This document shows positions 12,340-26,093 of a stretch of DNA of 64,000 nucleotides, one piece after another; within the stretch, counting starts at the first letter, position 1, and each line of letters begins with the position of its first letter. Source of the stretch: Lama glama (Eukaryota). Where the stretch lies: assembly GCA_028534125.1 (NCBI GenBank), contig CM052817.1:15440001-15504000 (forward strand). Reading direction: 5' to 3'. The notes beneath the pieces were generated by a model. It ran no database searches. It had not been told where the DNA came from and saw nothing but the letters and a program-made list of their open reading frames with translations. A program made the position numbers and the translations under genes.

Positions 12340-12510
12340 CTGTCAAATCAGATCAACATGAAATTAAATCCCAGTTCTGCTAACACCGTGCTCTGTGATC
12401 ATGGCCTTGATTTTTACCTTTCCGAGCTGCATCCCTAAAGTGAGGATGACACACCTGGACCCACCTCAGAGTGTTGTGAACATTGAATTAAGGTTCATGC
12501 GAGACCATTC
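12340..12510 (+). mobile_element. MIR SINE fragment
   Basis: aaatcccagttctgcta, ctgtgatcatgg and acctcagagtgttgtgaacattgaatt. Confidence 0.65.
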
Positions 12511-13004
12511 CAAGTGAGATTTTTAGAACTGGATATGATTTGGTAATTTTCCAAGGAGAGAAGCTCTCTGGGTCAGATGGGTGATTTTCCCAGTCGTGCT
12601 GTCTGAACTTTGGTATGTGAATGCGTCCTTTTACCCATCTAAGGTGTGCCAAGAGCACAGAATCTTGACCTTAAAGATTAGAACTGTGAGCTGACAAAGG
12701 AAAGACCTCAGCAACACCCAGGCACACGTGGTAGCTGGCCGTGCCTGTTGTCCCCTGGAGGAATGATGACGTGGTTTACAACAAAAGAGTGTGTCAGCCT
12801 TTACCACGTGCTGTCCCTCAGGAACAGTGAAAGTGTCAGATATTCGTATCCATCTCTGGAGGCCCAACAGAAGGCAAACAGATATGACTTATCCTGCAAT
12901 CTTTGTCTTTTCAGATTAGTCAACTTTCTGTTATATTTGGGAAGCAGAGGCAGCTCAACAGACAGTTCAACTACTCAATGAAATTTAACAGTGATTATTA
13001 TCGC

Positions 13005-13400
13005 TGCGTCCATCAGGGGTCTACCATGTAGGCAACAAACGCTGACTCTGGTTTAAGAATACTGGTTTATTGAATGGTATTGGATTTTCCACAGAATCAC
13101 GCAGCAGGGTGAGGAATTAGAATAAATGCTAATCTTCTGGGAATTCAACTGATGAGAAAAGGAAGGAAACTGCTAGAGCTGTCATAGAACACTGGGTACC
13201 ACTGTCCTCTTAGAGCTTGCCGTTTCTAAGGAACTTGAATTTCCTGTAAGTGCCTCTAACACCAACGCCTCCTCTTTGCCATAAACTCAACAGATCACCA
13301 TTGCCACTGCCACCACTGTTAAAGATGAATGGAATTTGCCATCCCTTCCTTCCTGCATCACTAGGTCCTTCAGGCCTTCTATCAGTAGAGTTACTCACTG
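13005..13400 (-). mobile_element. Old MaLR LTR (MLT1 class), degraded
   Basis: gtaggcaacaaac...tgactctgg...ggtttattgaatggtattgg...cacagaatc resembles an antisense MLT1 3' end. Subfamily uncertain. Confidence 0.4.
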
Positions 13401-13569
13401 GCTATAAGAGAAAGTGGGTGAGTTTGGTCTTTTATTTTGAGAAAGTAGAATCTACAATAAAAGGAATTTCCAAACTTAGAAAGAATATGGCAAAGATGCC
13501 ATTAGACCACAAACAGGACAAGTATCCACTATAATAATTATTACTGTCACCAACATTATTGCTGCCTCT

Positions 13570-14215
13570 AGTAACTCAGTAAGCATTTACTGATGCACTG
13601 ACAAGTGTGAGGCATTATGTGGAAGAATAACCAGAAATAAAGGCTAGACAGCTTGCCCTCAGGTTTCACTTGGGAATTACAAGGACTGTATCCCAGACAG
13701 AAAATCTGATTCTGTGAAAGGAAGAGTTTGATGTATGAGTGTTAGAAAGGGCCTCATTTTGCCATTTAAGGAAAACATGGAGTCTTAAAAGACTTGTAAG
13801 ATTTGGTTAGGAATCCTTTCTACATCCAATGAGTTAGAACAGTGGTTCTCAAATTTTAATGTACATCAGAATCATCTGGAGAATTTGTTAAAACAGAGTG
13901 CTAGAGCTTACCCTCAGAATTAGTGAGGAGCAAGGGCAAGAATTAGCATGTGTACCAAGTTCCCAGATCATAGTCTGAAGACTACAGTTTGAAAACCACT
14001 GAGTTAAAAAACCTTTAGGACTGGAGGCAAGGAAGAAAGTGAGTGTGAGTCAATGATAAAGATGATAGCTACTGATGGAAGAGAATTTGTGTAAGGGATA
14101 CATCAGGAACGGTGCTGGAAAAGTAAATTGAGATCAAGCATTCAGCAGTGGATTGTACTTGAATGCCCTGCTGAGGGTGCATGAACTGAATGCAATAGGC
14201 AAGATAAAATTCTAG
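13570..14215 (-). mobile_element. L2 fragment interrupted by MER5A
   Basis: aagcatttactga...aggcattatg and later cttgaatgccctgctgagg are L2-antisense motifs. Confidence 0.6.
13840..14001. mobile_element. MER5A-type hAT-Charlie MITE
   Basis: Terminal inverted repeats cagtggttctcaaa and tttgaaaaccactg. Internal catcagaatcatctggag. 8-bp TSD agttagaa/agttaaaa (7 of 8 match). Confidence 0.92.
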
Positions 14216-15189
14216 AAGACTTTGGGTCGTTTACTGCAAAAAAAAAAAAAGTATAATAGAGACACGATTATGCTGGATATTCTGCCAACTGCTGGGAATA
14301 ACAGAAAGAAATTTGATTTAAAAAAATAAATTAAGTTATTTTTGAGAGAAGGGAAGACCAACCCAAGTGTAACCTTGTGTAGTGACATCCCAAAGGGATG
14401 AACGGGCCAAAGCATATGACATCTGAGAGAAAAATCTGTAAGATGTCTAAATAGCGACCACTGTCCTTATTATTAGCTTGCTGTGTGAGCTTGGGCATGC
14501 TGTATAACCTCTCTGGTTTTCAGCTTTGTTGGCTAAAAGCCAGTGTTCTTTAAGAATCTGCTTCTCTGTGATGGTACATAAGTCTATGGTTAGATAGAAG
14601 GCTGAAGTAGAGAGACAACTCAAAGGTGATTTCGACATTAAAAGACTGGAGAACTGGGGGAATCATGAAGCTAGTGACAAAAATAGAAATAACGTCAACA
14701 TTTTTCATCTCAACTTGAAAATACGTATGACCTTGCTTCAAAGTGGAACAATAACAACAAGAAAACTAGTGCATCAGGACACCTCTGTTTAAAAAGTTAC
14801 ATTCAATTTTGGAGGTTAAGAATAGATAATGTATTGGGAGGCAACAGATATGCATATAGATGAATCCTAATTTAATGCAAACCTGTTAGTTTATTTATGT
14901 TACTAATATGATACCCTAGAGGATATAAACCAATTAAAAACCCATTTCAATTATTAATTGGGTCCCCTAATTGAAGGGACATAATAAATTAATTAAAATG
15001 TCCTCAGCTCTATTCACAAAGGAAAACTCCTAAGTCAGGGAGTGGATTGGACAAACAGATCTGTCTTAAAATCTTATGCTGGATCCTATCCAACTTCACG
15101 TGGGAAAAATAGCCAAATCCACAAGAGGAGGTGTTTGAACAAGGAGATCGGGAGAAGAGCGATACAAAGATGGATGCCCCACTGAGTTC

Positions 15190-15705
15190 TATGGATATCA
15201 TGTGGTGGACATGCTCATTAAACACTTCAGGCCTCAGTTTACTTAAATATAATCTGAGATCATTGAATCGAATAATTTAAAATGTGCTTCTCTTGTTCTG
15301 GCCATTATACCTTATTATAAATACATGGGCCAAAAACACCAATCCTAAAACTCTCAGTGATAATGAAGCATTAACTGAGCATTTACTGAGCACACAGAAC
15401 CTAATCTGTGCTCACAGTTAAAGGCTATGAAGGTGAAGAGACACAGTTCTTGCTCTCAGGCAGCTCAGTATCTCAAGGTGTCAGAAGCACATGTTAAATT
15501 TGTGAGGAGAGGGCGCAAATGGAAATGTACACTTGGTGTCAAACCAACCTGGCCTCAAATCACAGCTCTGTATATGGTTGACCCTTAGTTCTCTGTTTCT
15601 TCAAGTCAAAATGGAAATAATAACATCTGAGAACATATGTTACTTAATGAAATAGATGTAAAGATTACACAGAAAAACACCTAGTAGGTGACAGTCAGTC
15701 AATAC
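15190..15705. mobile_element. Cluster of MIR and L2 fragments
   Basis: gcctcagtttact (MIR), gagcatttactgagcac (L2 antisense) and ctctgtttcttcaagtcaaaatggaaataata (MIR). Confidence 0.6.
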
Positions 15706-17045
15706 TGGAGTAGGTTGATGCTCCCATATCCTTTCTCTATAAATAAAGATGTCTTGGCTCTCCAGGGATGTCTTGGGAGGATATCACATTGCTGAAGGAG
15801 AGTGTTCTTTCCTGTTGCTTTGTCGTGAAGTATTAGAAAGTATTTAGGAGGGTACAAAACAACAAATGGTCTTAATGCTCAATGTTCAAGGGATGAAAAT
15901 AAACTCCGGTAGAAGAGAAGAGTAATTTTTCACTGTATAATTGGGAAATATATCACACATATCAACGAGAGTATATAACTATGTATCTAGTACATGTTAG
16001 AGCACCTTAATGAAATAGATGAACATAAACATCCCTGTACCTAACACCAAGCTTAAAAATTACCTGGAAAATTCCCACACATCCTTCTACTACACATTTA
16101 ATTTCATCACCATCAGAGGTAACTGAATTTTTTGTCCTAATAATTCCATAATTTTTTCTTAACATTTTTATCACATATGTATTTACCCCTAAATATGTAT
16201 TGTTTGGTTTTAGCTGGTTTTGAACATTAAGTACATGGGAAAACATTCTATATTTCCTATGATGACTTGCTTCTGTCACACAACATCAGACTTTGAGATT
16301 GTTCTATATTGTATTAATTCATCTTCACTTTTATATTCCATTGAATTAATTAGTTCATATTCACTGTCGTATTCCATTGAATGAATAGCCCACTATTTAT
16401 TTATGTGTTCCACTGTCAATGAGTGATTTTTTTTCTATTAAATGTAATACTGCTACAGATATTCATTTATATCTCTTCTGGTAATTATATAGGAAATTTT
16501 CTCAAGGCTATGTGTCCTGAAAGGCAGAAATGCTGAGTCATCCCATATTCTCAAGCTTACTAAAAATGACAAAATTGTTTTCCAAAATCATTATTTCAGT
16601 TTGCATCCCCACTTTCAGTGAATGATTCACTTGCTTAAGAGTATTTTCAGATGTTGCAATGTTACAAAAGTGATGCTTTTAATTAGCTGACCTCTGATTT
16701 CTAAAAAAGTTAAGGATATTTTCATATGATTTTGGGTCCATTTATGTTTCCCCTATTCTGAAATGTTCGTTCAGGTGTTTTTTCCATTTTTACATTAGAT
16801 TGTTTGTTGTTTTCCTATTGATTTAAAAAATAGGTTATCATTTTCTTATACTTTTCCTTTTCTGGTCTTATATATTGCAAACAGCATTTTCAAGTTTGTG
16901 CTTTCTTTTTTCAATCTCTACATGGTGTCTTTTGAGAAGCAGAGCTTAATTTTTTTTTTTTTGTAGAAATAACCTAAGTGGATGATTCCTTTTATTTTCA
17001 TAAATTTGGTCAGATCCATGACAACTTGGGCAATTCTGTGCAATG

Positions 17046-17242
17046 TTTTTTTTTATTTTATTTTAATTGAAGTATAGTCAGTTTACAATGTTGTGTCAGC
17101 TTCTGGTGTATAGCATAATGTTTCAGTCATACATATACATACATATATTCATTTTCATATTCTTTTTCATTATAGGTTACTACAAGATACTGAATATAGT
17201 TCCCTGTGCTGTACAGAAGAAACCTGTTGTTATCTATTTTAT
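17046..17242 (-). mobile_element. Short young L1 3' end with a 3'-transduced segment (16963-17045)
   Basis: ttgaagtatagtcagtttacaatgttgtg...aatatagttccctgtgct. The TSD at 16935-16953 and 17243-17261 encloses both the L1 and the extra segment. Confidence 0.9.
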
Positions 17243-20148
17243 AGAAACAGAGCTTAATTTTAGTTAAGCTTTTCTTTTATGGTTTTCGCCTTTTTGTCTT
17301 TTTAAATAAGTATTTTTTCAAGTTGAGTCACAAAAATGTTATTCTGACTTTCCTTTGTAAAGTTAGATATCCATGTTTAAATACTAGATCTATCTGGAAT
17401 TCTGTTTTGTGTAAGATATTAGGGAAAGATTCATTCTTTTTTCTTTTTTCTTTTTTCTTTTTTCTTTTTTTTAAATGAGCATGCCATGTATCATTTAGCC
17501 CATCTCTCACCACTGATAATGCCATGGATGTGCTGGCATGAATTAGGCTTTTACATATGTGGACATGGTACGACCCATCTATCCTGGGCTCATAAAATAT
17601 TGTCTTAATTTTTATGTAAATTGATAGTAAACTTTTATATCTGGGACAGCATAGATTCTCCTCTGGTCCTTCTTTAGAAATGTCTTAGCTGTTTTTAGTC
17701 CTTTATTCTATTATTTATATTGTAAACTCAGCTTGTCAATAATTCTGTCAGATAATTTTTTGAATTCCCATTAATCTCTGGACCACTTTGGGAAGAAGTT
17801 ACCTTTAAGATATTGAATATTTTCCCGTATGAACATAGTATTTTTGTACATTATTTTTGTTTCATTTTCCATTTTTCTGTAAACTTTCATAATTTTCTCC
17901 TTTAAATTCTTATACATTATTTTGTTCCTAGATGCATTTTTGTGTACATATTTGTTTCTACTAAAAATTCGTACTGATCTATACAAGTAAAATCAAATTT
18001 TATGTATTGAATTGAGTGAGTGTATTGATATTATATCTGTGTATTAATATTATATATAGAAAATAGTGTTGATTTATACAAACACTGAATTTTATATATT
18101 GATATTGCATCAGGAAATACTGCTAAATTTTATCTATTTTAATAATTTGTTTGAATATTCTTGGATTTCCTTTATCAGGTTAAGGAGGTTTACTTTTATC
18201 CCTAATTTGCTGAATTTATATATATCTATATATATATGTTGTTGAATTCTATCACAGATTTACTTAGGCTTCTATGGAAATGATTATGTGACTTTTCTCT
18301 ATCTACTGCTACTGTGGATGATCACAGTGGAGGCTGTCTAATGCTGACTCAAACTTGCTGTTTTGCAAGCAGGTTGGGTAGGATATCTTTCTTATAGACT
18401 GCTGGATTTGGGGGTGCAGATATGCTCTTTAGTGCTTTTCCATTGATATTCAAAGTAAGACCAGCCTATAATTTTCATTTCTAATTCCCTTTCTCTAGAT
18501 TTGATATCAGGTTTACAATAGGTTCATAAAATGAATTGGATGTTTTCTCCTATTATTTTATTTTCAGATATACTTTGCGTAAGGTTGAAATTGTCTGCTC
18601 CTTGAATTGTTGATAGAATTCACATAGAAAAACATTTGGACTTACTGTTTCCTTTATGAGAAAATGTTTTTAACTCTTTGCTTCCATCTTTAATAGCTAC
18701 AGGATGACCCAGGTTATCTGTTTCTTCTGCAGTGGTTTTAGTTTTCTATTTTTCCTATTTTTAGTTGATAATATTTAATTATCTTTTCAGTTTCAACTAC
18801 ATCCTCAGTTATGTTGTCATTATACATGTATATTCATTAACCTTTTTCAATTAACTATTTTTTGTGGTCTTAAACCTCTAAAACAACTTATCCTTTTTTC
18901 CCTATTTTGTCATTTCTGCCATAATTTTTATTTATGTTTTTTATTCTTTCTTTGAGTTTATTCTCTTCTTTGCTTAGTAACTTAGAATACATGCTTAATG
19001 TGTTAATTTTCAAGCTTTCTTCTTCCTAATATAACTATTTAAAGCTATATATTGCTCTCAAATGACTGTGGCATTTAGCTGACCACCACAAAATTTGGTT
19101 TCCAGTATTTGCACTATTGTTTTATGTATTTTTGGATTTCCATTATGATTTCTCTTTGACTCTAAGTTTTTCCAAAATTATATTTTTAAAAATATATTTT
19201 AAAATTTCTAACTATAGAGAAGCTTTTGGTCATATCTTTGGTTTTTATTTCTAGCTTAATTGCATTTGATCAAAGATTATGTTTCAAATGAATCTAATTT
19301 TAAAAAATTTCTTGGACTTTGGTTTTCAGCCAAATTGTGCTCTCTTATTTTTTTCATAAATGCTTCTTTGATTCAAGATACATTAGTAGGAATTATAAAT
19401 TTAGAATTTTTATAACTTTTTGATTTACTGAAAATTATTCTGTATTGATTCTCCTTATGTCTAGTAAAGTTTCTTGACTTAAAATCATTTTGCCTTATAT
19501 TAATATACTTATACAATATATGATTATATTTGGGTTTATAAGTTTTCCCCTTATTCACTTAAAATTGTGCTGCATTTTTCTGAATGTTTTGCTGTATTTA
19601 TTTTAATAGCATATACCAGAAGTCTTTTTTTTTAACCTAGTAATAAAAATCTTTGACTTTTACTGATCAGTTCATCCATAAACCTCAATTGTGACAACCC
19701 AAATCTTTTATTTTATTTCTATGAGATAAGCTTGTATTTTAATTTGTTCTAATTTATTTTAATTTATTTCCACTCCCCTTTTTTTCTTTTACTGATTGAT
19801 TTTTGGTGGGATTCTCCAACCTCCAATTTTTTTTCCCTTTAAAGTTATGAACTTTATATACTCTTTTATATTTCACCCTTGGAATTTTTAACAATTCAAA
19901 TAATTGAAAATAATTCAGAATGTATCAACTCTAATCACTTCCTTCCAACTTACATGTTTTTGGATAGAGCTTTCATATTATCTGGATTTATCTTTTAAAC
20001 CACCTTCATTGGACAATATTCATAATCTTTTTAACAACTGGTGTTTAATATACTTACACATTTGTTCTTTTTTCTTTCATGATCCTCCTGAACATCTGAA
20101 TTTCCTTGTAAAGCTTTTTCTTCTTCTCAATGTATGTCCCTTTATCTT

Positions 20149-21174
20149 TTTTAATAGAAATGTAGTTAATATTAGATTAGTTTCAGGTGCACAACATAGT
20201 GATTCAACACTTATACACATTATGAATTGATCACTACAATAAGTCTAGTAAACATCTGTCACCATACAAAGTTATTACAATAACATTGACTATATTCTCT
20301 ATGCTGCATGTTACATCCCAATGACTTATTCATTTTAAAACAAAGTTTGTATCTATTAATCCCCTTCACCTATTTCACCACCACCTCCTCCTCCCTTCTG
20401 GCAACCACCATTTGCTCTCTGTATCTATGAATCTGTTTTCATTTTGTTTTGTTTGTTCATTTTGCTTTTTAGATTCCACATATAGGTAAAATCATACAGT
20501 ATCTGTCTTCCTCTGTATTACATATCTCATCTAGTATAGAATCCTCTAGGTCCACCCATGTTTCAAGTGGCACAATTTTAATTTTTATGGATTAGTAGTA
20601 TCCCACTGTATATGTATATGCCACATCTTTATCCATTCATCTATCAATGGACACTTCCGTTGCTTCCACATCTTGGCTACTGTAAATAATACTGCAATAA
20701 CATAGGGATGCATATATATTTTTGAATTAGTATTTCTGTTTTCTTTGGATAAATACTCAGAAGTGGAATTTCTGGATCATATGGTTTTATTTTTAATTTT
20801 TGAGGAGCCTTCATACTGTTTTCCTTAGTGGCTGCACCAATTTACATGCCCATCAACAGTGCATGAGGGTTCCCTTTTCTCCACATCCTCATCAACTGTG
20901 CTATTTGTCATCTATAACAATAGCCATTCTGACAGGTGTGAGATGATATCTCCTTGTGGTTTTGATTTGCATTTTCCTGATGATTGGCAATGTTGAGCAT
21001 CTTTTCACATGCCTGGTGGCCAAACATCTATTCAGGTCCTCAGCCCATTTTTAATTGGATTGTTTTTTTTTTTGATATTGAGTTGTGTGAGTTCTTTATA
21101 TATTTTGAACATTAAACCCTCATCTAATGCACCATTTACAAATATCTTCTCCCTTCAGTAGATTGCCTTTTCAC
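20149..21174 (-). mobile_element. 5'-truncated L1 (L1MA9-like)
   Basis: gtttcaggtgcacaacatagtgattca, agattccacatat and gtggctgcaccaatttacat. Degenerate TSD gtccctttatctt and gtcctttaatctt. Confidence 0.92.
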
Positions 21175-22119
21175 GTCCTTTAATCTTAAATCCATTCTTT
21201 AAGTTCTTGTTTGTATTTCTGATAATGTCTTTTTCTGGCCACCGTTTTTTAAAGGTAGAAAAATATAGGGACTGAAATGAAGTTAACTTATAATTTTCTA
21301 TCTCAGAAAGTTAAGGTCATTATTTCACTATGTTCTGACTTACACGGAAGATGTTGAGAAATTAGATGACTCTCTACTTTCCTGCTTTTTGTTGGTGATC
21401 TGTTTTCTTCTCTGGATGTTTTAAAGATCTTTGTTTTGTCTTTTGGTTTGTCTTAGTTACCTTATACATTTTAAATTAATGACTTTCAATAATAAACATA
21501 TTAATAAATTGCCTTTAAATTTTTGTCTTCAGAATTTTCATTTCATTTCAGTATATTTCATAAAATATAATACACATTAAACTAAATTTGATCACATATA
21601 ACACATACCAATAATTTTGTGTTAACATACACATCCATGTTTATTTTATATAATTTTACTAATTACTTACATATTATTTTATTATGCTTTTATAAATACT
21701 TTGAATAATTATTATACTAAATTATAATTTTAACAACTTCATTCATTATATTATATTCATTTACTGTATTTCGTTTAACTGGTTCTTTGATGTTGGCCAT
21801 TTAAATTGTTTCCAATTACTTTTATGATAATAATTATATTTCATAAACTTATTTGTGCAGCTAGAAATGGGTTTCGACTATGGCATGACTAGTACTGACA
21901 TTAGGAAACTTGTACTCATAAAGGTATGGAATGAAAGCTAATTTTGCTTCTTACTCACTAGCAAATTATTTGACCTTTGTGGACCTCAGAAGGCTTAGAT
22001 CAGAGTTTTCATTGGGATTAAATTTTTAAAATATGCTGTGGACTTGACCAAGTGTAGTCTCAACGAGAATTAATTTTCCCTAACACTACTCTTCTTGCTT
22101 ATAATAAATACATATAAGT

Positions 22120-22420
22120 AGAATTATTTAGTCAAATGTCTGAGTACCTAATGACTCCTGCTAGGTATTTAACTAATGGCAACTGTCTGAATGAATGATT
22201 CACAGCATGTTTAGCTTTAGAACAGTATAGCGAACACAAGCATTGTTCACACCACATAAATAGTATAACCTGTGAATAATATGCCCCCAATTGACAGATG
22301 ACAAAGTGAGGCACATAGAGGTTATGTGATTTTCCAAAATCACACAGCTGATACAGAACAAATAAGTGGCAGATTGGAATCCAGGCTCTCTAACTCCAGA
22401 GACTGTGTATTTAATGTTAT
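22120..22420. mobile_element. L2 3' end (+) followed by MIR (-)
   Basis: An L2 tail ending tgaatgaatga, then acagatgacaaagtgaggcacatagaggttatgtgattttccaaaatcacacagct. Confidence 0.75.
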
Positions 22421-24199
22421 GATGCTTGAAACTTATATAAACATCTCCGTGACACTTAATTACTTCTTATATTATGGAGACCAACACATTTTAACTAGGT
22501 TTCTTGATTTAAAATTGCTCAAGATTGAAGGCCACCCTTATTTTCTGTACTAGTCATTTTCCACTTAGTCGTACAGTCTTTCACTGCTATTCATTTCACA
22601 AATATATATGCCTCCTCAGCTGATTTTAAGCTTCTTTAAGAGTTAGACTAATTTTGCATGTTTCTTTTGAATCTTCCGTAACATCCCCCACAGCGGATAA
22701 TCAGTAAACACTTACTGCCTGATGTTTAGACAATCTAAACGCTTTATTTCCCTGTGAAATTGTCTCCTTCTACTCAACAAACGGAAAACAAAAATTGTTG
22801 TAAGAAAACAAATGCAAAGAGAGAAGGAAAACCAAAAATGCATAAAGGTCATATTAGACGCACTATAAAGAGTGGTCAGACCAGGATTGTTTAACAAGGC
22901 AACCATGCTCAGATTTCCCTGGAGATCTGAGAATAGAAGAAAGTATCGATGCCAGAATCTCAATCTTAACCTTAACCTTCATTTTAAATCTTGGACGTGG
23001 ATGAGTAATAACCAACCAAACTGGACAACTACCAGGTAACTTTACTACCCAGCATCCCATCTCAATCTGCCTTAGAAACATGGTCTAAACTAGCACCACA
23101 TCTGAATGGTAAGTGTTTGTATTCTTGTTTCAGATTTGGGAGTTAAAAGAGTTGACTCCCACTTCGAGCAGTGGCAATAGGTGTGGAAAGAAATTCAAAC
23201 CAATTGTGATGATTGGAATTGCGACCAACAGGCTGAATAAGCTTGAAGCTGCTTTCCTGAAAAATGGAGCTCCAGTAAAAAAAGTGCAGGGTAACTCCCT
23301 TAACCTCACTGGGATGTTGTAAAGATTAACGTAATAATTTATTATCATCTGCCATATAATGGGCACTTAGCAAATGGTGTTATGAGTATGATTAAAAGAT
23401 TACTTATGAGAAACACCTCCTTTCTGTCCTTTCTATAGGACATCTGGGTTTTGGATGTTTCCAGTTACTGCAAATATAAATTGAGATATGTATGCTTAAA
23501 AGTATAGAAAGTTTATAAATATTTCATTCCTCAGGTTAGAAATTATATCTTATACTGCTGCCACTGTGACTAAACCTGTTAAATCATACAAACACATAAC
23601 GTATGAATTAACAAAATAAAGCCTTAAGTAAATCAATTTTAGGTATTTATCATGTTGAACTTTAAAACAGGTGGAATTTCCTCGAGATGCAGTTAGAAAA
23701 ATTACTGGCAAAGCAAGTTTTTCTCATAAATTGTATTTCTACATATGGACAAAGCCTTTCCTCCTTTGAGTAATCTAGTTTTTTCAATTAACTTAAATAG
23801 TAAAACCATCCCTTAAAAAATGAATTAAATAAAGGTCGTCAAATTTTCCAAAATCTTCCAAATATGTGACAAGTGAAAAGAGTTACCTGATATACCTGTG
23901 TGTGTCAGTAAATTTAAGACTGTCATTGAGGAAATATTGATCTATATCTGATCCTGATCTACTACCAAAGTATCTATTGTCAGAGCTTTGTGGTTTGTTT
24001 TCAGCGCCTGCTCCAAGGTAGGCTGCAGTCATGCCCATGATATAGAACACAGTTAAATGCTGACACTTGATTTTTAGTTCTGAAAAACAATCCACTGAGT
24101 CATCTAAACTGGTTTGAAGTACACAGATCTGCATACTGTTTCCCAGACCCTCAATCCCACATCCCTCCTCACCCGTATTCTATTTATGTCAAATGACCA

Positions 24200-24450
24200 T
24201 AATATGCAAATCTATAGCACTAGAAAGTAGATTAGTGGTTGTCTAAGGCTGAGGAGGGACTAGAGGTGGGGGATCTGGGGTATGATAGATAAAGGGCATG
24301 GAGTTTTTTTCGAAGATGATGAAAATATTCTTTAATTATGGTGATGGTTTCAAAAGTCTGTGACTATACTAAAATCCTTGAATTGTACAACTTAAATGGA
24401 TGAATTATATGATATGTAAATTCTATTTCAATAAAGATGCTATGGAAAAA
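24200..24450 (+). mobile_element. L1MB-like 3' end
   Basis: agaaagtagattagtggttg, gatgatgaaaatattct and tgaattgtacaacttaaatgg...tcaataaag. Confidence 0.88.
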
Positions 24451-26054
24451 CATAAGTTTTTTAGAAAATGGTAAAAGGAGAGATGATGCCACGTGACTTT
24501 CATCAACTGTGTCACGCCAAGTTTCACTGGCATCTTAGTTCACTGCATCCTGATGGAAGGATGCAAAAGGAAAAAAAACAGACTAGAAGGTTCCCCATGC
24601 AATATCAAGGCAAGGGAAAGCTTTTTTAATGATGCCAAAATATTTACAATTTTTCTGCTTAATCAGATCAATTAATATGATTCACACATAATAGACAGAG
24701 AAGGGTTAAGACCAAAAACCCATCTGTCAGACCCTGTATGTTGCCACATTTGATATGCAGAAGCTTTGCATATGACCTTAATTATTTTCAAGTGAATGAT
24801 CAAGAGCATTAAAAAGACATGACTTTGTTTCCAAGGCAGTGGGCACTTTCATCCCAACACAGGATATAGTCACATCATACACATATTCAACCCAGTGGAA
24901 TTTCCTCATAGGTACTTGCATGGGGTGGTGGGGGAGGAAAAGAAACGGAGAAGAAGAGACATATTAATTGAATTGATACTGAAGAGTCAACCAGTACAGC
25001 CATTCAATGTGCAAATATCTCAGAACTAGCCTAAATCAGAAGCCCAGAATCCATCTTTTGCCAGTGTCTTGGTTCCCACGTGCCTCTCAGGACCTGGACA
25101 TCTCATCCCATTACATATGTTTAAAGAATCTGATTTGGGATCAACATGGCCTATATAAAGAAGCCAATGACTTTATCAGTGGTTCAACTGAATAAAGAGT
25201 GTATGATTCTAGTGCTGGTGGAAAAATGGACTTTGCTCAACTTGGTTAGAGAAGACCTTCCACCCAGAAGCTACCAAAGGGAATTTCAAGGGTAATTCAA
25301 TAACATGCAATTGTCTTCTTATTTATGCTCTGACCTTAGATTCTAGCACACACTGAAGTGGCACCTTTATTTCACGTCCTAATCTGCTTAGTTGATACAG
25401 CTCTTAGGCAGATGATGGTAGATGAAGGACAGCTCGTAAATGAGGGTGAGCTGTGAGAAGCTACCAGAGTATCAGATGCAAAACAATATGCAGAAAAAAG
25501 AAGCTTGGAGCAAAAGAGAAAGAAATACAATGAGGAGAGAATATACAAGGGGAACTGACAATAAAAATGGAGACATGCAATGAATTCCATAGGCCTCCTG
25601 GTACCCTTGATTCATGTAGCAAATAGAACTGTTTTTAAAATAGATACTTCATTCGTGTCTGTGGTAGTACTTTAATGCCTTATCTTGTGATGCTCAAGTT
25701 GATCTGAGATTTGAAATATTATTCTCTCATTAAGCTAACTGTACTCTCAACACTTAAATAATTATTAAAAGGTCCCCTAAGTTCTCCCAAGTTGAATCAC
25801 TGTTTGACTAAAGGAACTTGTTCAGTTTTGCTTTATTTTGGCTTGTCTTAATGAAGTTGTATGATTCTTAATGAAGTGATATTGGAAAGAATACTTCATT
25901 TATAAATCGAAAGAGGTGAAAGTATTATGCTGCATGAGATACCCCAGAAAGAAAGGCAGAAATCATAAGATCTTATAATTTTTCATTCTGAGAATTTAAC
26001 TGACTATGCAGAGGCTCACCTAAACAACAACAGCTGAAGATACAGTGGGCGACT

Positions 26055-26072
26055 CGATGCACTAGTGCATCG
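26055..26072. repeat. 18-bp perfect palindrome CGATGCACTAGTGCATCG
   Basis: Checked base by base as its own reverse complement. Confidence 0.95.
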
Positions 26073-26077
26073 GCATT

Positions 26078-26093
26078 GCTTCCCCCTGGCGGT
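26078..26093 (-). promoter_or_regulatory. Candidate CTCF site
   Basis: The minus strand reads CCGCCAGGGGGAAGC against the consensus CCASYAGRKGGCRS. Motif match only. Confidence 0.4.

Larger units (their letters stand above)
15925..21500 (-). mobile_element. Ancient L1 (L1M class), antisense and heavily decayed, hosting younger L1 insertions
   Basis: Long T-rich tract with L1-antisense motifs ttccattgaatgaata, aaattgttttccaaa, caggttaaggaggttt and tgctggatttg. Confidence 0.85.

Noticed and set aside
23109..23133. 25-nt micro-intron GT...AG
   Set aside because: Far below the minimum mammalian spliceosomal intron size.
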